The notes beneath the pieces are model-generated. The model ran no database searches. It saw nothing but the letters and a program-made list of their open reading frames with translations, and was not told where the DNA came from. From positions 26,753-90,752 of the forward strand of contig JAFTSW010000072.1 in NCBI GenBank assembly GCA_017467085.1: a stretch of 64,000 nt of DNA, in the 5' to 3' direction. This stretch comes from Clostridia bacterium (lineage in GTDB: Bacteria; Bacillota; Clostridia; Oscillospirales; CAG-272). Shown in pieces: positions 45,237 to 54,641 of this stretch (positions are counted from its first letter, which is position 1; each line of letters opens with the position of its first letter). The translations under genes and the position numbers were made by a program.

Positions 45237-46433
45237 ATGGAACAGCAAAGACTTCGCATTTCCGATGCGGAATTTAAGGAACGCGCCGCCAAGGCGCAAA
45301 GGCTGATGGCAGAGGAAGGGTATGACGCCATTCTTTGCTACGGCAACGAGGCAGAGCCTCAATTCGTGCGCTATTTCAGCGATTATTGGCCCTCCTTTGA
45401 AACGGCAGGGGTGCTGATTCCCCGTGAGGGCGAGGCAAAGCTGCTTATCGGACCCGAGAGCTTCACCTATGCCTATGACCGCTCCCGTTTGCGTGATATT
45501 CGCTTGCTCAAGGCGTTCCGTGAGTCCTCCGAGCCCGAATATCCCGGCAAGAAGCTGGACACCTTCACCTCGGTGCTTGACGAGTGCCTGCCCGGTGTGA
45601 AGATTAAGAAGATTGGTGTGGCAGGACTTCCCTTGATGACGGTTGGCGTGTATTTCGCCCTGCAGGAGGCGTTTGCTGCTTATGGCGAGGTGAAGTTGGA
45701 AAAGGCTGACCACGTGATTGCTAAGCTCCGTATGCGCAAGAGCGAGGCAGAGCTTGCCTGTATGCGCCGCGCCGCTGACATCACCCACAAGACTATGGAC
45801 TTCGTGATTGAAAACGTGGCGGCAGGCATGACCGAAACCCAGGTGGTTGGTCTTGCCCTTGGCAAGATGCACGAGTTAGGCGCGGAGAGAGAAAGCTATC
45901 CGCTGTGGGTTTTGACGGGCGCCGGGTCTGACCAGGCTATCAGCCGCCCCCGTCAGAAGGTAATTGAGAAGGGGGACATGACCTTCTTCCAGTTTGGCGC
46001 GCGCTACGAGGGATACGCCTCCACCATTGGCCGCCCCGTTGTGTTCGGCAAGGCGAATGACGAGCAGCGCCGTCTGATTGAAACGGGCTACGCCCTGCAG
46101 GAGAAAATTCTTGCCATTACCAAGGCAGGCGTTCCTGCCAAGGAGATTGCCGAGTACCATTTGAAGCTGGTGAAGGAATACGGCTACGAGGACCACTACC
46201 TCTACGGCCCCTTCCACGGCAACGGCTTGATGGAGGGCGAGGCTCCCTGGGTAGAGCTGAACTCCGACTACCTCTTGGCCGAGAATATGACCTTCTGCTC
46301 CGACCTGTTCTTAGGCTCTCACGAAACCAAGCGCGGCATTCGCATTGAGGACGTGGTGCGCGTGACCAAGGACGGCTGCGAAAATCTGACCGCATACCCG
46401 AGAACCCTGTTTGAAATCGAAAAATCTCTGTAA
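45237..46433 (+). CDS. M24 family metallopeptidase (Xaa-Pro dipeptidase/creatinase-like)
   Basis: Creatinase-type N-domain (..EGYDAILCYGNEAEPQFVRYFSDY..) and pita-bread C-domain (..GPFHGNGLMEGEAPWV..IRIEDVV..). Confidence 0.8.
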   Translation: MEQQRLRISDAEFKERAAKAQRLMAEEGYDAILCYGNEAEPQFVRYFSDYWPSFETAGVLIPREGEAKLLIGPESFTYAYDRSRLRDIRLLKAFRESSEPEYPGKKLDTFTSVLDECLPGVKIKKIGVAGLPLMTVGVYFALQEAFAAYGEVKLEKADHVIAKLRMRKSEAELACMRRAADITHKTMDFVIENVAAGMTETQVVGLALGKMHELGAERESYPLWVLTGAGSDQAISRPRQKVIEKGDMTFFQFGARYEGYASTIGRPVVFGKANDEQRRLIETGYALQEKILAITKAGVPAKEIAEYHLKLVKEYGYEDHYLYGPFHGNGLMEGEAPWVELNSDYLLAENMTFCSDLFLGSHETKRGIRIEDVVRVTKDGCENLTAYPRTLFEIEKSL

Positions 46434-46466
46434 ACTATAAAAAATACAAGAAAAGAGGAAAAAGTG

Positions 46467-47264
46467 ATGAAATTACGTGATAAGTTCTGGCTTTGGGGCC
46501 ATCCGGAAGGACGCTACAACCACGAGTACGGCAACGAGAAGGAATCCCGTATGACGCCTATGGAGGGCTGTTTGTACCTGGGTGTTCGCAACACCTTTAT
46601 GGTGCCCGTTGGCGTTGACGTCAACAGACGCCAGTACAACAAATCCTTCACCACCCTGAGAAACGTTGGCTGGGAGTGCTTCGGTATGCACCAGCGCCCC
46701 GAAATCATTGACGAGGCAATTGCCGAGGCAAAGGATTTCCCCAACATCTCCTGCGTTGTGTTTGACGATTTCAAGAGCGTTGCCAAGGACGGTCAGCCTC
46801 GCTATAAGAGCGTTCCCATTGAAATGCTCCGTGACGCCAACAAGAAGCTGCACAACAATGACGTGCGCCGTATGGATTCCTGGATGGTGCTTTACACCTT
46901 CCAGTTCGGTCTGGATGAGAAGGAGGACGCTGACTTCCAGCCCTATATGGACGAGTTTGACGGCGTTATTATGTGGACCTGGAAGGAATGCGACGTTCCG
47001 CTGATTCCCGAAAAGTTCGAAATCTTTAAGAAGAACACCCCCAACACCCGCCGTATGGTGGGCTGCTACCTCTGGAACTTCGGTGAATCCAAGGAAGCTA
47101 CGGGCGAGGCAGTAAAATGGCAGCTTGACTTCTACCGTGAGCTGATGCTGAAGTGCGAAATCGAGGGCGTGGTGCTGCACACCAACACCATGGCAGACCT
47201 GGATTACGAGGCATATGACGTTGCCGTTGCCTGGATGAACGAGCACGGCGACGAGGAAATTTAA
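46467..47264 (+). CDS. Hypothetical protein (no family recognised)
   Basis: 265-aa ORF with normal composition and an AAGAGGAAAAA SD. Start is ATG 46467 or GTG 46464. Co-oriented with the php and M24 genes. Confidence 0.6.
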   Translation: MKLRDKFWLWGHPEGRYNHEYGNEKESRMTPMEGCLYLGVRNTFMVPVGVDVNRRQYNKSFTTLRNVGWECFGMHQRPEIIDEAIAEAKDFPNISCVVFDDFKSVAKDGQPRYKSVPIEMLRDANKKLHNNDVRRMDSWMVLYTFQFGLDEKEDADFQPYMDEFDGVIMWTWKECDVPLIPEKFEIFKKNTPNTRRMVGCYLWNFGESKEATGEAVKWQLDFYRELMLKCEIEGVVLHTNTMADLDYEAYDVAVAWMNEHGDEEI

Positions 47265-47285
47265 TTTACCGTAGAAAGCGAATAA

Positions 47286-47358
47286 AAAAGAGCAAGAATA
47301 GAATGATTTGTTTCCTTTTACTCTTGCTCTTTTAGCTTGTAAAGAGTTCTTTACAAGC
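47286..47358. terminator. Two hairpins between convergent genes
   Basis: AAAAGAGCAAGA..(24-nt loop)..TCTTGCTCTTTT and GCTTGTAAAG-agtt-CTTTACAAGC, with flanking A/T tracts. Confidence 0.55.
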
Positions 47359-47359
47359 C

Positions 47360-48019
47360 TTATTTTTTGGAGGCGGTCATTTTTTCCTGCTTGACCTTCA
47401 CGTCTACTACGTGACGGGAGGCAAGCTCCTTTGTCACGTCCTCCACGGAAATACCCATTTCCACCATCATTACCATCACGTGATAGGCAAGGTCGGCGAT
47501 TTCGTAGATAGCCTCGCCCTTCTCGCCGCCCTTGGCGGCAATAATAACCTCGGTGGATTCCTAGCCCACCTTTTTGAGGATTTTATCCATTCCCTTCTGG
47601 AAGAGGTAGGTGGTGTAGGAGCCCTCGGGAAGCTCCTTTTTGCGTCCCTCTAAGAGGGCGTACAGCCCCTCTGCCGAGAAGGCGGCGCGGGTGGCGCTTT
47701 GGAACAGAGGCGCTTCAAAGCAGGAGTCGGTGCCCAAGTGGCAGGCGGGCCCCTCCTTATCCACCAGAATCACGAGGGCGTCCTTATCGCAGTCGGCGGT
47801 GATGGAAACCACGTGCTGGTAGTTGCCGCTGGTTTCGCCCTTCAGCCAAAGCTCCTCACGGCTACGGCTGTAAAAGCAGGTCAGCTCCTTTTCTAAGGTC
47901 ACGGCAAGGCTTTCTCTGTTCATATAGGCAAGGGTGAGAACCTTTTTCGTGGTGGCGTCCTGCACGATGGCGGGAATCAAGCCCTTTTCGTCAAATTTCA
48001 GCTCGTCGATGTTCAGCAT
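47360..48019 (-). pseudogene. hisI: hisIE (phosphoribosyl-AMP cyclohydrolase / phosphoribosyl-ATP pyrophosphatase) interrupted by one in-frame TAG
   Basis: The track ORF ends at TAG (47563-47561) after ..[13 protein letters not shown]. The same frame continues ESTEVIIAAKGGEKGEAIYEIADLAYHVMVMMVEMGISVEDVTKELASRH.. to TAA at 47362-47360. That continuation is the rest of a HisE domain. The stop occupies the position of the conserved Glu in the KVGEE motif. Confidence 0.85.
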
Positions 48020-48034
48020 AGTAAATTCCTTTCT

Positions 48035-48793
48035 TTATACACGCATCAGAATGCCGTTTTGGGCAAGCATCTGCTTTAATTCCTTGATATTGACCTCGCC
48101 AAAGTGGAACACCGAGGCGGCAAGCCCCGCGTCAATGGTGGGCACCTCCCGGAAGAGGGTTAAAAAGTCCCCCGCGCACCCGGCACCACCCGAGGCGATA
48201 ACGGGAACGCGGACAAGGTCGCAAACCGCCGAAAGCAAAGGGAGGTCGAAGCCGCCCTTGACGCCGTCGGTGTCGATGGAGTTTACCACCACCTCGCCTG
48301 CGCCCATATCCACGCAGCGCTTTATCCAGGCAAGCGCCTCCATACCCGTATCCTCTCTGCCGCCCTTGGCAAAGACGTGATACTCGCCGCCCACGCGCTT
48401 GATGTCTGCCGACAGCACCACGCATTGGCTGCCGTACTTCTTGGCGGCGTCCTCAATCAGGGAGGGGTTGCGAATGGCGCCCGAATTGACGCTGACCTTG
48501 TCGGCACCGCAATGCAAAACACGGTCAAAGTCGGCAACGGTGTTGATGCCGCCCCCCACCGTCAGAGGGATAAAGACACGCCGCGCCACCTCCTTGAGAA
48601 TATCCGTAAAGAGGGCGCGCTCCTCGTAGGAGGCAGTGATGTCGTAAAAGACAAGCTCGTCTGCCCCCTCGGCGCTGTAATATTCGCCAAGCTCCACGGG
48701 GGAGCTGACGTCATTGAGGTTTTGAAAGTTGGTTCCCTTAACTACCCGTCCGTTCTTGACGTCCAGGCAGGGAATAATGCGTTTGGTAATCAT
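48035..48793 (-). CDS. hisF: Imidazole glycerol phosphate synthase, cyclase subunit
   Basis: MITKRIIPCLDVKNGRVVKG, ..TVGGGI.., ..IASGGAG.. Confidence 0.95.
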   Translation of the reverse strand: MITKRIIPCLDVKNGRVVKGTNFQNLNDVSSPVELGEYYSAEGADELVFYDITASYEERALFTDILKEVARRVFIPLTVGGGINTVADFDRVLHCGADKVSVNSGAIRNPSLIEDAAKKYGSQCVVLSADIKRVGGEYHVFAKGGREDTGMEALAWIKRCVDMGAGEVVVNSIDTDGVKGGFDLPLLSAVCDLVRVPVIASGGAGCAGDFLTLFREVPTIDAGLAASVFHFGEVNIKELKQMLAQNGILMRV

Positions 48794-48822
48794 AGCGTTT
48801 TCCTTTTCTGTTGTAGCGGCGT

Positions 48823-49539
48823 TTATTCCCCAAGGGCGGCCAATGCCGCAGGAATGGATACCGCGCCCGTATAGTACGCCTTGCCCAAAATGGCGGCGTA
48901 AAGCCCTAACGCCTTCAAGGCAAGAAGGTCATCGATAGAGCTGACGCCTCCCGATGCGGTAAAGGAAAGGGGAAGGGCGGCGGAAAGCTCACGGTACAGC
49001 TGGCGGTTGGTGCCCTGCATAGCGCCATCCTTGGAAATGTCGGTACAGATGACGTACTTGGCGCCAAGGGAAACCAGGCTTTCCATAAAATCAAAGGCAG
49101 AGATGGCGGCGGTTTCCTGCCAGCCATGAATGGCGACAAGCCCGTCCTTGATGTCAACGCCCACTGCCACCTTGTCCCCGAAGGAGGCAAGCGCTTCCTT
49201 GAGAAAGACGGGGTCCTTCACCGCGGCGGTGCCGAGAATGATGCGGTCAACTCCGGCGTTGATATACGCCTCGGCGGTTTTCATATCCCGAATGCCGCCG
49301 CCTATTTCCACGAACAGAGAGGTTTTCTCCGCAATGGATTTGACGAGGGCTAAATGGGGGGTGGTGCCGTCCTTGGCGCCCTCCAAATCCACCGTATGCA
49401 GATACTTGGCGCCCTCCTGCTCCATTTGCGTAGCAAGGGCGAGGGGGTCACGGTGGTAGACGGTTAATTGGTTGTAGTCGCCCTTAAAGAGGCGCACGGC
49501 GTTGCCGCCGTGTAAATCAATAGCGGGGAAAAGCTTCAT
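48823..49539 (-). CDS. hisA: ProFAR isomerase (1-(5-phosphoribosyl)-5-[(5-phosphoribosylamino)methylideneamino]imidazole-4-carboxamide isomerase)
   Basis: MKLFPAIDLHGGNAVRLFKGDY, ..EIGGGIR... ATG 49539 overlaps the hisH stop (ATGA). Confidence 0.9.
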   Translation of the reverse strand: MKLFPAIDLHGGNAVRLFKGDYNQLTVYHRDPLALATQMEQEGAKYLHTVDLEGAKDGTTPHLALVKSIAEKTSLFVEIGGGIRDMKTAEAYINAGVDRIILGTAAVKDPVFLKEALASFGDKVAVGVDIKDGLVAIHGWQETAAISAFDFMESLVSLGAKYVICTDISKDGAMQGTNRQLYRELSAALPLSFTASGGVSSIDDLLALKALGLYAAILGKAYYTGAVSIPAALAALGE

Positions 49540-50144
49540 AGCGCGGCAAATCCTTTCAGAATGTTCAGTCCCACCTCGCCGCTTTTTTCGGGATGGAATT
49601 GGCATCCGTACACGTTGCCCGAGGCAACGGCGGCGGTCAGCTCCGCACCGTATTCGGCGGTGGCGAGAAGGTCCTCCCTTTGGCACTCGGCGTAGAAGGA
49701 ATGGACGAAATAGACGGCGTCCCCGTCCTTGATATTGGCAAAGAGGGGGCTTTCCTTTTTGATGGAAAGGGGATTCCAGCCAATGTGGGGGATTTTATAG
49801 CTTGGGGGAATTTTGGGGGCAATGGGAAGAATCTGTCCCTTCAGAAGCCCAAGTCCACGGTGAATGCCAAACTCGTGGCTTTCCTCGAAGAGCATCTGCA
49901 TACCAAGGCAAATGCCCAATAAGGGCTTGCCCTCAGCGGCAGAGTCCTTGATAAAGGCGTCAAGCCCGTTTTCACGAAGCAGGGCGGCGGCGTCCCCAAA
50001 GGCGCCAACACCGGGAAGGATAATATGAGAGGCGCGGGAGAGAACCGCCTTTTCCGCCGTTACCTCCACCTCGATGCCAAGCGCGGCAAAGGAGGAGAGG
50101 AGGGAAAAGAGGTTTCCAACGCCGTATTCTACAATAGCAATCAT
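49536..50144 (-). CDS. hisH: Imidazole glycerol phosphate synthase, glutaminase subunit
   Basis: IAIVEYGVGNLFS, nucleophile LGICLGMQ, VHSF. ATG 50144 overlaps the hisB stop (TGATG). Confidence 0.9.
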   Translation of the reverse strand: MIAIVEYGVGNLFSLLSSFAALGIEVEVTAEKAVLSRASHIILPGVGAFGDAAALLRENGLDAFIKDSAAEGKPLLGICLGMQMLFEESHEFGIHRGLGLLKGQILPIAPKIPPSYKIPHIGWNPLSIKKESPLFANIKDGDAVYFVHSFYAECQREDLLATAEYGAELTAAVASGNVYGCQFHPEKSGEVGLNILKGFAAL

Positions 50145-50722
50145 CAAAGAACTCCTTTGGTGGAGGGAATTTTGTCGCCCTCCTGCTTGACGGCGGCGCG
50201 CAGCGCACGGGCGGTTGCCTTAAAGGCGCCCTCAATGATGTGGTGAGAGTTGAGCCCTGCCAACTGTCTGATATGTAAAGTTAAGTTTGCACGGCGGGCA
50301 AGGGCGAAGAAAAACTCGTTTACCAATTCGGTGTCAAAGTCCCCGACCTTCTCGGTGGGAATATCCAAGGCAAGCACCGCCATACCCCGTCCCGAAACGT
50401 CCACGGCGGCAAGCAGAAGCGCCTCGTCCATCGGCAGGGTGATATCCCCGTAGCGGACGATGCCGCGGCAGTCGCCCAGCGCTGCGCGGAGAGCGTCACC
50501 CAAGGCGATGCCAACGTCCTCGGTGGTGTGGTGGTAGTCTACCTCGGTGTCGCCCTGGCAGGAAAGGGTTACATCAAAGCTGCCGTGGTGGGCAAAGAGG
50601 GTGAGTATATGGTCTAAAAAGCCACAGCCCGTTTGAATATCTGCCTTTCCCTCCCCGTCTATATTCAGGGTGAGGGAAATATCCGTTTCAGCGGTTTTGC
50701 GGTTAATGGTTGCGGTTCTCAT
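50144..50722 (-). CDS. hisB: Imidazoleglycerol-phosphate dehydratase
   Basis: MRTATINRKTAETDISLTLNIDG, HHTTEDVGIALG, SHHIIEGAFKA. Start at ATG 50722 (GAAAGGAAGG SD). Confidence 0.9.
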   Translation of the reverse strand: MRTATINRKTAETDISLTLNIDGEGKADIQTGCGFLDHILTLFAHHGSFDVTLSCQGDTEVDYHHTTEDVGIALGDALRAALGDCRGIVRYGDITLPMDEALLLAAVDVSGRGMAVLALDIPTEKVGDFDTELVNEFFFALARRANLTLHIRQLAGLNSHHIIEGAFKATARALRAAVKQEGDKIPSTKGVL

Positions 50723-50744
50723 AGGCGAACCTTCCTTTCTTGGT

Positions 50745-51800
50745 TTATTGGGAGAGAATATCCTTGACGGCGGCAACGAGCGCCTGCATATCTGCCAGCG
50801 TGCCAACGGTGATGCGGTTGTAGTCGGCAATACGGGGCTTCTCGAAATGGCGCACCAACACCCCTCTTGCCTTTAAGGCAAGGTAGAGCGCCTCGCCGCC
50901 GATGCGGTCACTCTTGGCGAAAATGAAGTTGGCAGAGGAGGGAAGGACAGAAAAGCCCAGCGCCTCTAATGCCTTGGTGGCATAGGCGCGCGCCTCGATA
51001 ATCCTCTGACAGTTTTCGGTGTAGTAGGCTTGGTTTTCCAGGGTTAAGACGCCCAGAAGCTGGGTCAAGGAATTGACGTTGTAGGGGTTGGTGGAATATT
51101 TGACCCTTTCAAGGTCGGCAATCAGCGCCTCGTCCGCTACGGCGAAGCCAAGCCTTGCCCCTGCCATACTGCGGGACTTGGAGAAGGTGCCAACGCAGAG
51201 AAGATTTTTGTATTTCTTGGTCAGCGCGGCGCAGGATTCGCCGCCAAAGTCCACGTATGCCTCGTCAATCAGCACTACGCTGTCAGGGTTGCTCTTGACG
51301 ATTGCCTCAACCTCTTCGAGGGAAAGCGCCATACCCGTGGGGGCGTTGGGGTTGGCGATGCACACCATTTTGCCCTTGGCAAAATAGTCCTTGGGGGTAA
51401 TGGAGAAATCCTCTGCCAAGGGGATTTTCTCGGCGGAAATGCCGTGAAGCCTGGCAAAGACCTCATAAAAGCCGTAGGAGATGTCGGGGAAGGCAACGCC
51501 ACCCTCGCCAAACGCCAGAAAGGCGAAGTTGAGAATATCGTCCGAGCCGTTGGACACGAAAATACGGGAGGCGTCCGTTGCGAAGCTGTCGGCTAACGCC
51601 GCCTTCAGGCGGCTTGCCTCGGGGTCGCAATATAAGCGAAGCTTTGCCACCGTGTCCTCGGTCAGCGCCCTTTGCACCGCAGGGGCAGGAGGGAAGGGGG
51701 ATTCATTGGTATTCAGCTTGATATACGCCATATCCTTGGGCTGCTCCCCCGGCACGTATGCCTCCAGGGAGGAAAGGCGGCTACTAAAGAATTTACTCAT
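50745..51800 (-). CDS. hisC: Histidinol-phosphate aminotransferase
   Basis: LNTNESPFPP and PLP-Lys region TFSKSRSMAGARLG. Start at ATG 51800, overlapping the end of hisD. Confidence 0.9.
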   Translation of the reverse strand: MSKFFSSRLSSLEAYVPGEQPKDMAYIKLNTNESPFPPAPAVQRALTEDTVAKLRLYCDPEASRLKAALADSFATDASRIFVSNGSDDILNFAFLAFGEGGVAFPDISYGFYEVFARLHGISAEKIPLAEDFSITPKDYFAKGKMVCIANPNAPTGMALSLEEVEAIVKSNPDSVVLIDEAYVDFGGESCAALTKKYKNLLCVGTFSKSRSMAGARLGFAVADEALIADLERVKYSTNPYNVNSLTQLLGVLTLENQAYYTENCQRIIEARAYATKALEALGFSVLPSSANFIFAKSDRIGGEALYLALKARGVLVRHFEKPRIADYNRITVGTLADMQALVAAVKDILSQ

Positions 51801-53079
51801 CCCGGTTCTCCTCAAAGCGCACCGTTGCGCTCTTGGCGTGGGCAGAAAGACCCTCGCGCTCGGCAAAGAGGGCTACCTTGCCGTAGACACGGCGCAGGGC
51901 GTCCTCGGTGTAGTAGGTGTATTGGGACTTCTTCACGAAATCGTCTACCGAGAGGGGGCTGGAGAAGCGGGCGGTGCCGGAGGTAGGCAGGGTGTGGTTG
52001 GGGCCCGCAAAGTAGTCGCCCAGCGCCTCGGGGCAGTAGCGACCCATAAAGATGCTGCCCGCGTTTTCGATTTTATCCAAATAATCAAAGGGATTGTCAA
52101 GACAAAGCTCCAAATGCTCGGGGGCAATCTCGTTGGCAACCGCCAAAACCTCGGTAAAGCTGTCGGCAAGAATGATTTTGCCGTTGTTGTCGATGGAGGT
52201 ACGGGCAATTTCCTCTCTGGGCACTAGGGCGAGCTGGCGCTCTATCTCTGCCTGCACCGCCAGCGCCAGCGCCTCGCTGTCGGTGACCAGCACCGCGCTT
52301 GCCATTTTATCGTGCTCCGCCTGGGAAAGCAGGTCTGCCGCCACGAAGGCAGGATTGCTCTTGCCGTCGGCAATCACCAAAATTTCGCTGGGGCCCGCAA
52401 TCATATCAATGGCAACCCGTCCGAACACCTGGCGCTTTGCCTCAGCCACGTAGGCGTTGCCGGGACCCACGATTTTGTCCACCTTGGGAACGGTTTGGGT
52501 GCCGTATGCCAAAGCGGCAATTGCCTGGGCGCCGCCCAGCTTGAAGATGCGGTCAACCCCCGCAATCTTAGCGGCGGCAAGAATATAGGGGTTCACCTTA
52601 CCGTCGGGACGGGGCGGGGTGGTGATGCAGAGGGTCTTGCAGCCTGCGATTTTAGCAGGAATGCTATCCATCAAGACGGTGGAGGGGTATGCCGCCGTGC
52701 CACCCGGCACGTAAAGACCCACGCGCTCGATGGGGGTAATCTTCTGCCCCACGATGACGCCGTCCTTATCGTTGATAATAAAGCTGGTCCGCTTTTGTCT
52801 TTCGTGAAAGGCGCGGATGTTTTCTGCCGCCTCCCGCAGGGTGTCGAGGAAAGCCCCGTCCACCAAGGAAAACGCCTCCTCTATCTCCTCGGGGGAAACC
52901 TCTAAAGAAGAAAGGCTTGCCTTGTCAAAGCGCAGGCAGTATTCAAAAAGCGCCTCGTCCTTGCGTTCTCTTACGTTTTCGATAATGGCGGACACCGCCT
53001 CGGAAACGTCAAGCTCCTTATCGTTTCTCGCGAAAATTTCGGCAGGGTCTAACTGCCCGTATCTATATATTTTAATCAT
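51793..53079 (-). CDS. hisD: Histidinol dehydrogenase
   Basis: ..GPGNAYVAEAKR.., ..LLSQAEHD... 428 aa. Confidence 0.95.
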   Translation of the reverse strand: MIKIYRYGQLDPAEIFARNDKELDVSEAVSAIIENVRERKDEALFEYCLRFDKASLSSLEVSPEEIEEAFSLVDGAFLDTLREAAENIRAFHERQKRTSFIINDKDGVIVGQKITPIERVGLYVPGGTAAYPSTVLMDSIPAKIAGCKTLCITTPPRPDGKVNPYILAAAKIAGVDRIFKLGGAQAIAALAYGTQTVPKVDKIVGPGNAYVAEAKRQVFGRVAIDMIAGPSEILVIADGKSNPAFVAADLLSQAEHDKMASAVLVTDSEALALAVQAEIERQLALVPREEIARTSIDNNGKIILADSFTEVLAVANEIAPEHLELCLDNPFDYLDKIENAGSIFMGRYCPEALGDYFAGPNHTLPTSGTARFSSPLSVDDFVKKSQYTYYTEDALRRVYGKVALFAEREGLSAHAKSATVRFEENRDE

Positions 53080-54625
53080 TGTTTTCTACCACCAATTTTT
53101 GAAGCATTTGTCTGATTTCTTCGATTTTCTCGCCCTTGAAGCTGTAAGATGCCTTGTTGGCAATCAGCCGCGCGCTGATGGGGAGAATGGTTTCAAAGGG
53201 GACAAGCCCGTTTTCCAAAAGGGTCTTGCCCGTTTCCACAATATCCACAATGACGTCCGAAAGTCCCAGCAGGGGCGCAAGCTCAATGGAGCCGTTGAGA
53301 TGGATAATATCAATATCCCGTCCCTTTTCGCTGTAATAGTCCTTGGCAATCTTGGAAAACTTGGTTGCCACCCGCAGGGTCTTGCTTTCGTCGTCGACAA
53401 AATCCTTCCTGCCTGCTACCGCCATACGGCATTTGCCTGCCTGCAGGTCCAGAAGCTCATACACGTCGGGGGTGTATTCCGCCAAAATGTCCTTGCCTGC
53501 CACGCCAATGTCCGCCGCCCCACGCTCTACGTATATAGAAACGTCAGAGGGCTTGACCCAGAAGAAGCGGATTTTCTTTTCCGTGTTCTCGTAAATCAAG
53601 CGACGGGTATTTTCGTGAATTTCGGGGCAGGGATAGCCCGCCCTTTCAAACAGCCCGTAGATTTTCTCGCCTAAGCGTCCCTTGGGAAGGGCAACGTGAA
53701 TATAGCCGTCCTCTGCCTTTGCCTTTTCGGGAGAGTAGAGGGAAATGGCGTCCATATATACGGCAAAGCCGATAGCCGCGCTGCTTCTGCCCATCTTCTT
53801 CATCAGTCGGTCATACTGACCGCCCGAAAGCACCGAGGTGGCAACGCCGCCCGCAAAGCCCTTGAACACAATGCCGTTGTAATAGCCGTCAAAGGAGGTG
53901 ATGGAAAAGTCAAGCGCCACGCATAAGGGCGAGAAGCCCTCTAAAATGGCAGAGAGGGCGGCAAGGGCAGCCTTGCTTTCCTCGCTGTTCGCAACGGCGC
54001 AAAGCTGCGAAAGGGCGTCCCGATAATCCTTTTCCACACGGAACAGCAGAGAGAGCGCCGCCTGACCCTCGCCCTCGGCAACGGTGGAGAGAAGGGCAAG
54101 GTTTCTTTCCTTCAGCGCCTCGTAAAAGACGGGGTAGTCCTCTCTCTTGACGCCGTACTCGGCAAGCAAAGCCTCCACCAGGGTCACCGAGGAAAGAGAA
54201 AGCTTGTAGTCCGCAAAAATCAAGCCAAGGCTCTTTTGCGCAAGAGATAGCACCTCCCGAATGGCGGCGGTATCTACCTTGCCGATGCATTCAAGACCCG
54301 TTTGGCGGATTTCCTTATAGGAATGAGAGTCCTTGGAAATGCGGTAGACGTTCTCATCGTAAAAATATTTGCCCAAGGCGTCCCCATCCTTGGAGCTTTT
54401 GATAATGGACAGGGTCACGTCGGGCTTTAATGCCAAAAGCCGCCCGTCCGTATCGGTAAAGGTGATAACCCCCTCCGACACCAAAAAATCCTTGTTCTTG
54501 GAATACAAATCGTATTCCTCAAACTTGCTCATCTTAAATTGCTTGTAGCCCGCCTTCACGTACAGCTCCCGCAAAGCGAAGGTCGCCAATTCCTCGGGCT
54601 TGAGTATAGAGGTATCGAAATTCAT
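53072..54625 (-). CDS. hisG: Fused HisZ (regulatory, HisRS-like) - HisG (short-form ATP phosphoribosyltransferase) protein, 517 aa
   Basis: N-terminal ~305 aa carry HisZ motifs LKPDVT, RQTGLECIG, YYNGIVFKGF and GGQYDRL. From about aa 311 the sequence is HisG: IHVALPKGRLGEKIYGLFERAGY..FWVKPSDVSIYVERGAADIGVAGKD. It is a single uninterrupted ORF in the track. Confidence 0.85.
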   Translation of the reverse strand: MNFDTSILKPEELATFALRELYVKAGYKQFKMSKFEEYDLYSKNKDFLVSEGVITFTDTDGRLLALKPDVTLSIIKSSKDGDALGKYFYDENVYRISKDSHSYKEIRQTGLECIGKVDTAAIREVLSLAQKSLGLIFADYKLSLSSVTLVEALLAEYGVKREDYPVFYEALKERNLALLSTVAEGEGQAALSLLFRVEKDYRDALSQLCAVANSEESKAALAALSAILEGFSPLCVALDFSITSFDGYYNGIVFKGFAGGVATSVLSGGQYDRLMKKMGRSSAAIGFAVYMDAISLYSPEKAKAEDGYIHVALPKGRLGEKIYGLFERAGYPCPEIHENTRRLIYENTEKKIRFFWVKPSDVSIYVERGAADIGVAGKDILAEYTPDVYELLDLQAGKCRMAVAGRKDFVDDESKTLRVATKFSKIAKDYYSEKGRDIDIIHLNGSIELAPLLGLSDVIVDIVETGKTLLENGLVPFETILPISARLIANKASYSFKGEKIEEIRQMLQKLVVENND

Positions 54626-54641
54626 AGCGCTATCCTTTCCG

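Noticed and set aside
47561-47563. Reading TAG as a sense codon (pyrrolysine or an alternative genetic code).
   Set aside because: No other gene in the window needs TAG read-through. The remaining genes are full length under the standard genetic code. No pyl genes are visible here. A point mutation or sequencing error is more parsimonious, although suppression cannot be excluded from one window.
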